Shown: piece by piece, positions 61,123-64,000 of the stretch
Layout of the letters: each line of letters opens with the position of its first letter
Position numbering within the stretch: position 1 is the stretch's first letter
From: an uncultured Thiotrichaceae bacterium
GTDB lineage: Bacteria > Pseudomonadota > Gammaproteobacteria > SZUA-229
NCBI GenBank assembly: GCA_964531165.1
Contig: CAZHEA010000008.1
Span: 140 to 64,139, forward strand
DNA: 64,000 nt
Direction of reading: 5' to 3'
Notes under the pieces: generated by a model
The model's database searches: none
Told to the model about the DNA's origin: nothing
What the model saw: only the letters and a program-made list of their open reading frames with translations
Made by a program: the position numbers and the translations under genes

Positions 61123-62106
61123 TCAGGTGCTGTTATTTAGGCCGGGCAGTATTGTTTTCTTGTCTGCATTCCAAAGCCAGTGGTTTTTATTCGTTAACTT
61201 TACGCCACCTATCCAGCGATTGATTTCAGCGACCTGACTGTAGTTGGTCGTGCCATTTAAAACCGCTATACCTGTCGCGGTAATGCTTATTTTTTGACTG
61301 GCTTCGAAGGGTGGTAATATCGATGTGTCAGTTTCTGAATTAAGTGTGATCAATGCCGGTGTCGCCGTTAATAACTGGTTGAGTATCAGCCAGAAACTGG
61401 CGTCACCAAGAAACACTCGTGCTTCGGTTTTAATGTATTCACTAAACAGTTTTGCGGGTTTAATTTCACCCCGGCTAATAATCTGTAGTGCGGTGTTCGC
61501 GGTTCGCGATAAACCGTTTGTGGTTGACGGGTATTCCTGCAGCATTCTTAAAATGGCGGCTTCAAGAAATTCAAGCGCTGATGTGTCGTTCGATAATAAC
61601 TTAAACCAGTGTTCCGGTGTGGATTCGCGAAATGCTTTCCAGGCTGTACGGGCCAGTTCGAGTTGTTTGGCCGTCACGGGTTTGATAAAGCGCTGTAACC
61701 CCACTATTTGGTCCGGTGTCGCTCTGCCCAGATATTGTTCAGTGCAAATAAGATAGAGCGGGGTATTGCTTGTCTGCTGATCGGCAAACCAGTCGAGAAT
61801 TTGTAATAGCTGTAACTGATCATATAAATCGTGTTCAAACCATAATATGATTTTTGAGTAGTTTTCAAATGATGTAAGGGTGTTGTCACGTTCAATAAAG
61901 TTGTTGTGTAATTCATTGAATTTGCCCCAGTTCAGTGAGGCCAGGTATTCGGCGCGCTTTGCAGATAAATTTTCCAGAGACAGGTTTTCAGGTACCGGAC
62001 CCTCATGTAAGACATCGCGCCAGGGTAAAAAGTCTCCAGGTATTTGTGCCTGTTGCATGAGTTTAACCGCGCAGTCGCCGTTAGTAATATTGAGTGTGTT
62101 ATGCAT
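61123..62106 (-). CDS. DUF1835-type domain protein
   Basis: The N-terminus LNITNGDCAVKLM...IPGDFLPWRDVLHEGPVP resembles the DUF1835 signature. Family-level call only. Confidence 0.6.
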   Translation of the reverse strand: MHNTLNITNGDCAVKLMQQAQIPGDFLPWRDVLHEGPVPENLSLENLSAKRAEYLASLNWGKFNELHNNFIERDNTLTSFENYSKIILWFEHDLYDQLQLLQILDWFADQQTSNTPLYLICTEQYLGRATPDQIVGLQRFIKPVTAKQLELARTAWKAFRESTPEHWFKLLSNDTSALEFLEAAILRMLQEYPSTTNGLSRTANTALQIISRGEIKPAKLFSEYIKTEARVFLGDASFWLILNQLLTATPALITLNSETDTSILPPFEASQKISITATGIAVLNGTTNYSQVAEINRWIGGVKLTNKNHWLWNADKKTILPGLNNST

Positions 62107-62295
62107 GGTTTTATGTCGTCAGAGTCGATGGTCGGAGCGATAGGGCAGAGTTACTGGTTAGGGTTAATGATCAGGGTTTCATGACTGATGATTTTTTGAT
62201 CAATTTGGTCTAAACTACTAATCATATTAATTTATTCAAAGATAAAATTATTTTATCTCGCATGAGTCCCCCAACATTTTGCTCTGGTGAATTAA

Positions 62296-62649
62296 ATGTT
62301 AAACGAAAAACGACCACAGAATGAAGCACAGGTTAAACATAAGGTGCGCAATACTTCTCTTCAGAAGCCCCGGGATTATGATTATTCAGCCGCTGAGGGT
62401 CTGGCACGTTTAGCGGATAAGCGTCGACAATACTTTGAAGCTGAGCTGAGAACGAATCCACCGGAGCCGCCCTGGGAAAGGCATCCCGGGTATGCGCGGG
62501 CTGATCGTTTCTGGCGCACCGGGGCCGGTAATCGGTATCTGATAGATTATATCTGGCTGTATAACCGTTATTCAACGAAGGCGGCGCGTCAGCAGTATCG
62601 ACAGGCGCATCCGGAACCAGAGAACTGGAAAGGCTGGTATAGCGAATAG
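62296..62649 (+). CDS. Hypothetical protein
   Basis: A 117-aa ORF with Trp/Arg-rich non-repetitive sequence. I recognise no family, and an antisense ORF overlaps it. Confidence 0.4.
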   Translation: MLNEKRPQNEAQVKHKVRNTSLQKPRDYDYSAAEGLARLADKRRQYFEAELRTNPPEPPWERHPGYARADRFWRTGAGNRYLIDYIWLYNRYSTKAARQQYRQAHPEPENWKGWYSE

Positions 62650-62671
62650 CGTTATTTGCAGCACCAAGGTT

Positions 62672-63160
62672 TCAATGGTGTGTACCTTTTAATATTCGTG
62701 CCTTATCGCGGTTCCAGTCCCGGTCTTTTTCATCGGCCCGCTTATCATGTAGTTGTTTGCCCTTCGCCAGCCCAATTTGCACTTTCACATTGCCCTTGCT
62801 CCAATACATTTTCAGGGGCACCAGGGTGTAGCCTTTGCGCTCTACTGCGCCGATCAACTTATCAATTTCATAGCGATGCAATAATAGCTTTCGTGCCCGG
62901 CTCGGTTCCGGGTTTACGTGGGTTGATGCGGAAAGCAGGGCGGTAATCTGCCCACCCAGCCAGAAAATTTCATTGCCATTTACCATTACGTAGGTGTCGG
63001 TCATCTGTACCCGGCCATCGCGAATGCTTTTTACTTCCCAACCTTCCAGCACAATGCCGGCTTCAAAGGTCTTTTCAATGGTGTAATCGTGGCGGGCCTT
63101 TTTATTGACCGCGATGCTGCTGCCGGAATTTTTGCTGGATTTTTTGCTTTTCTTTGCCAT
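62672..63160 (-). CDS. smpB: SsrA-binding protein
   Basis: [18 protein letters not shown], and the basic C-terminal tail typical of SmpB. Confidence 0.95.
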   Translation of the reverse strand: MAKKSKKSSKNSGSSIAVNKKARHDYTIEKTFEAGIVLEGWEVKSIRDGRVQMTDTYVMVNGNEIFWLGGQITALLSASTHVNPEPSRARKLLLHRYEIDKLIGAVERKGYTLVPLKMYWSKGNVKVQIGLAKGKQLHDKRADEKDRDWNRDKARILKGTHH

Positions 63161-63395
63161 GGTTAAAATTTGTGAGCATATCGTGTTGGTCGAAGTAGCG
63201 GGATTATACGTTAAAAGCGCAGTAAATTACGAAAACGTTTTTTAAAGCATTTATTGAAAGTGATTTGTCGTTTAAACTGAATATGTAAATGAGAGGTTAA
63301 AAGGTCTCAGTTAAATGATCATAATTATAAGATATTTACTTTTAAAACAATAATATAAAACATACATCTAAAGTAAGTTGTCGTCAGGAGTTTTA

Positions 63396-64000
63396 ATGTC
63401 TGAAGAAAAACGCACCTCAATTCATGGGCAGTGGTCGAGCCGTATGGCCTTTATTCTGGCGGCGACCGGCTCGGCTGTAGGGCTGGGCAATATCTGGAAG
63501 TTTCCGTATATCACCGGTGAAAATGGCGGAGGTGCGTTTGTGCTGGTATACCTTGCGTGTATCGCTGCAATCGGTATTCCGATAATGATGGCTGAAGTCA
63601 TGCTGGGGCGACGAGGTCGTCAAAGTCCGGTAAATACCATGGCGACACTGGCAAAAGAAGAAGGTCGTCCGCTGAGCTGGTCTATGCTCGGCTGGCTGGG
63701 TGTGATTGCCGGTTTTATTATTTTATCCTATTACAGTGTGATTGCCGGTTGGGCGCTGTCGTATGTTTTTCGGACGGCTTCCGGCGTTTTTGAGGGGGCG
63801 ACGGCTGATGGTGTAAGTAGTATTTTTACCGAGTTTGTTTCAAACCCGGAAAGCCTGTTGGCCTGGCATACCATCTTTATGGTGATCACCATGATTATCG
63901 TTGCGCGGGGGGTAAAGCATGGCATTGAGCGTGCGGTGACTTATTTAATGCCGAGCCTGTTTGTGCTGCTAACGATTTTATTGTTTTATGCCATGTCGAC
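63396..64000 (+). CDS. Sodium-dependent transporter of the SNF/NSS family, 3'-truncated by the window edge
   Basis: It is not in the ORF track because no stop falls within the window. AGGAG at 63386-63390 precedes ATG 63396. The translation is MSEEKRTSIHGQWSSRMAFILAATGSAVGLGNIWKFPYITGENGGGAFVLVY, and the frame stays open to the window end. Confidence 0.9.
   Translation, partial: MSEEKRTSIHGQWSSRMAFILAATGSAVGLGNIWKFPYITGENGGGAFVLVYLACIAAIGIPIMMAEVMLGRRGRQSPVNTMATLAKEEGRPLSWSMLGWLGVIAGFIILSYYSVIAGWALSYVFRTASGVFEGATADGVSSIFTEFVSNPESLLAWHTIFMVITMIIVARGVKHGIERAVTYLMPSLFVLLTILLFYAMS

Noticed and set aside
62656-62946. Plus-strand 96-aa ORF
   Set aside because: It lies entirely antisense to smpB, which is unambiguous.

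Overview
This is a chromosomal segment of a moderately AT-rich gammaproteobacterium; I cannot name the species from the sequence alone. Most of the window is conserved housekeeping synteny. The blocks are rpsB-tsf-pyrH-frr-uppS-cdsA-dxr-rseP-bamA-skp-fabZ-lpxA, an inverted lpxB, rnhB, a CPA2 antiporter, dnaE, surE-pcm-(YqaA-like)-nlpD-rpoS, hom, aat, trxB, ftsK-lolA-rarA, purL and smpB. Signalling genes are interspersed: an AraC regulator, a GAF-GGDEF-EAL protein, a two-receiver response regulator, a hybrid histidine kinase, a rhodanese and an MCP. The only RNA gene recognised is tmRNA (ssrA, minus strand, 52139-52505, tag ANDNNYAIAA). I found no rRNA, tRNA, CRISPR array, intact transposase or integrase, or phage genes. 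The least ordinary part is about 43-54.5 kb. A visibly AT-rich islet lies between an MCP gene and the 3' end of ssrA. There, a YkuD/L,D-transpeptidase-fold gene stays in one frame but carries three in-frame stops (TAA, TGA, TAG). An intact signal-peptide protein follows it, a layout that resembles a toxin/immunity pair. The islet also holds a second gene with two in-frame stops and a possibly frameshifted small ORF. A truncated receiver-domain remnant with an in-frame stop lies just downstream of the hybrid kinase. An intact hipB-hipA module with palindromic candidate operators sits on the 5' side of ssrA. Two small hairpin-forming repeat families occupy several intergenic gaps, and one copy supplies the last codons and the stop of aat. 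The lipid A cluster is rearranged: lpxD is absent between skp and fabZ, lpxB is inverted, and lpxC sits beside an AraC gene. I did not find a convincing intact multi-gene system that is clearly novel. The decayed enzyme plus secreted partner next to ssrA is the best lead, and it rests partly on inference.
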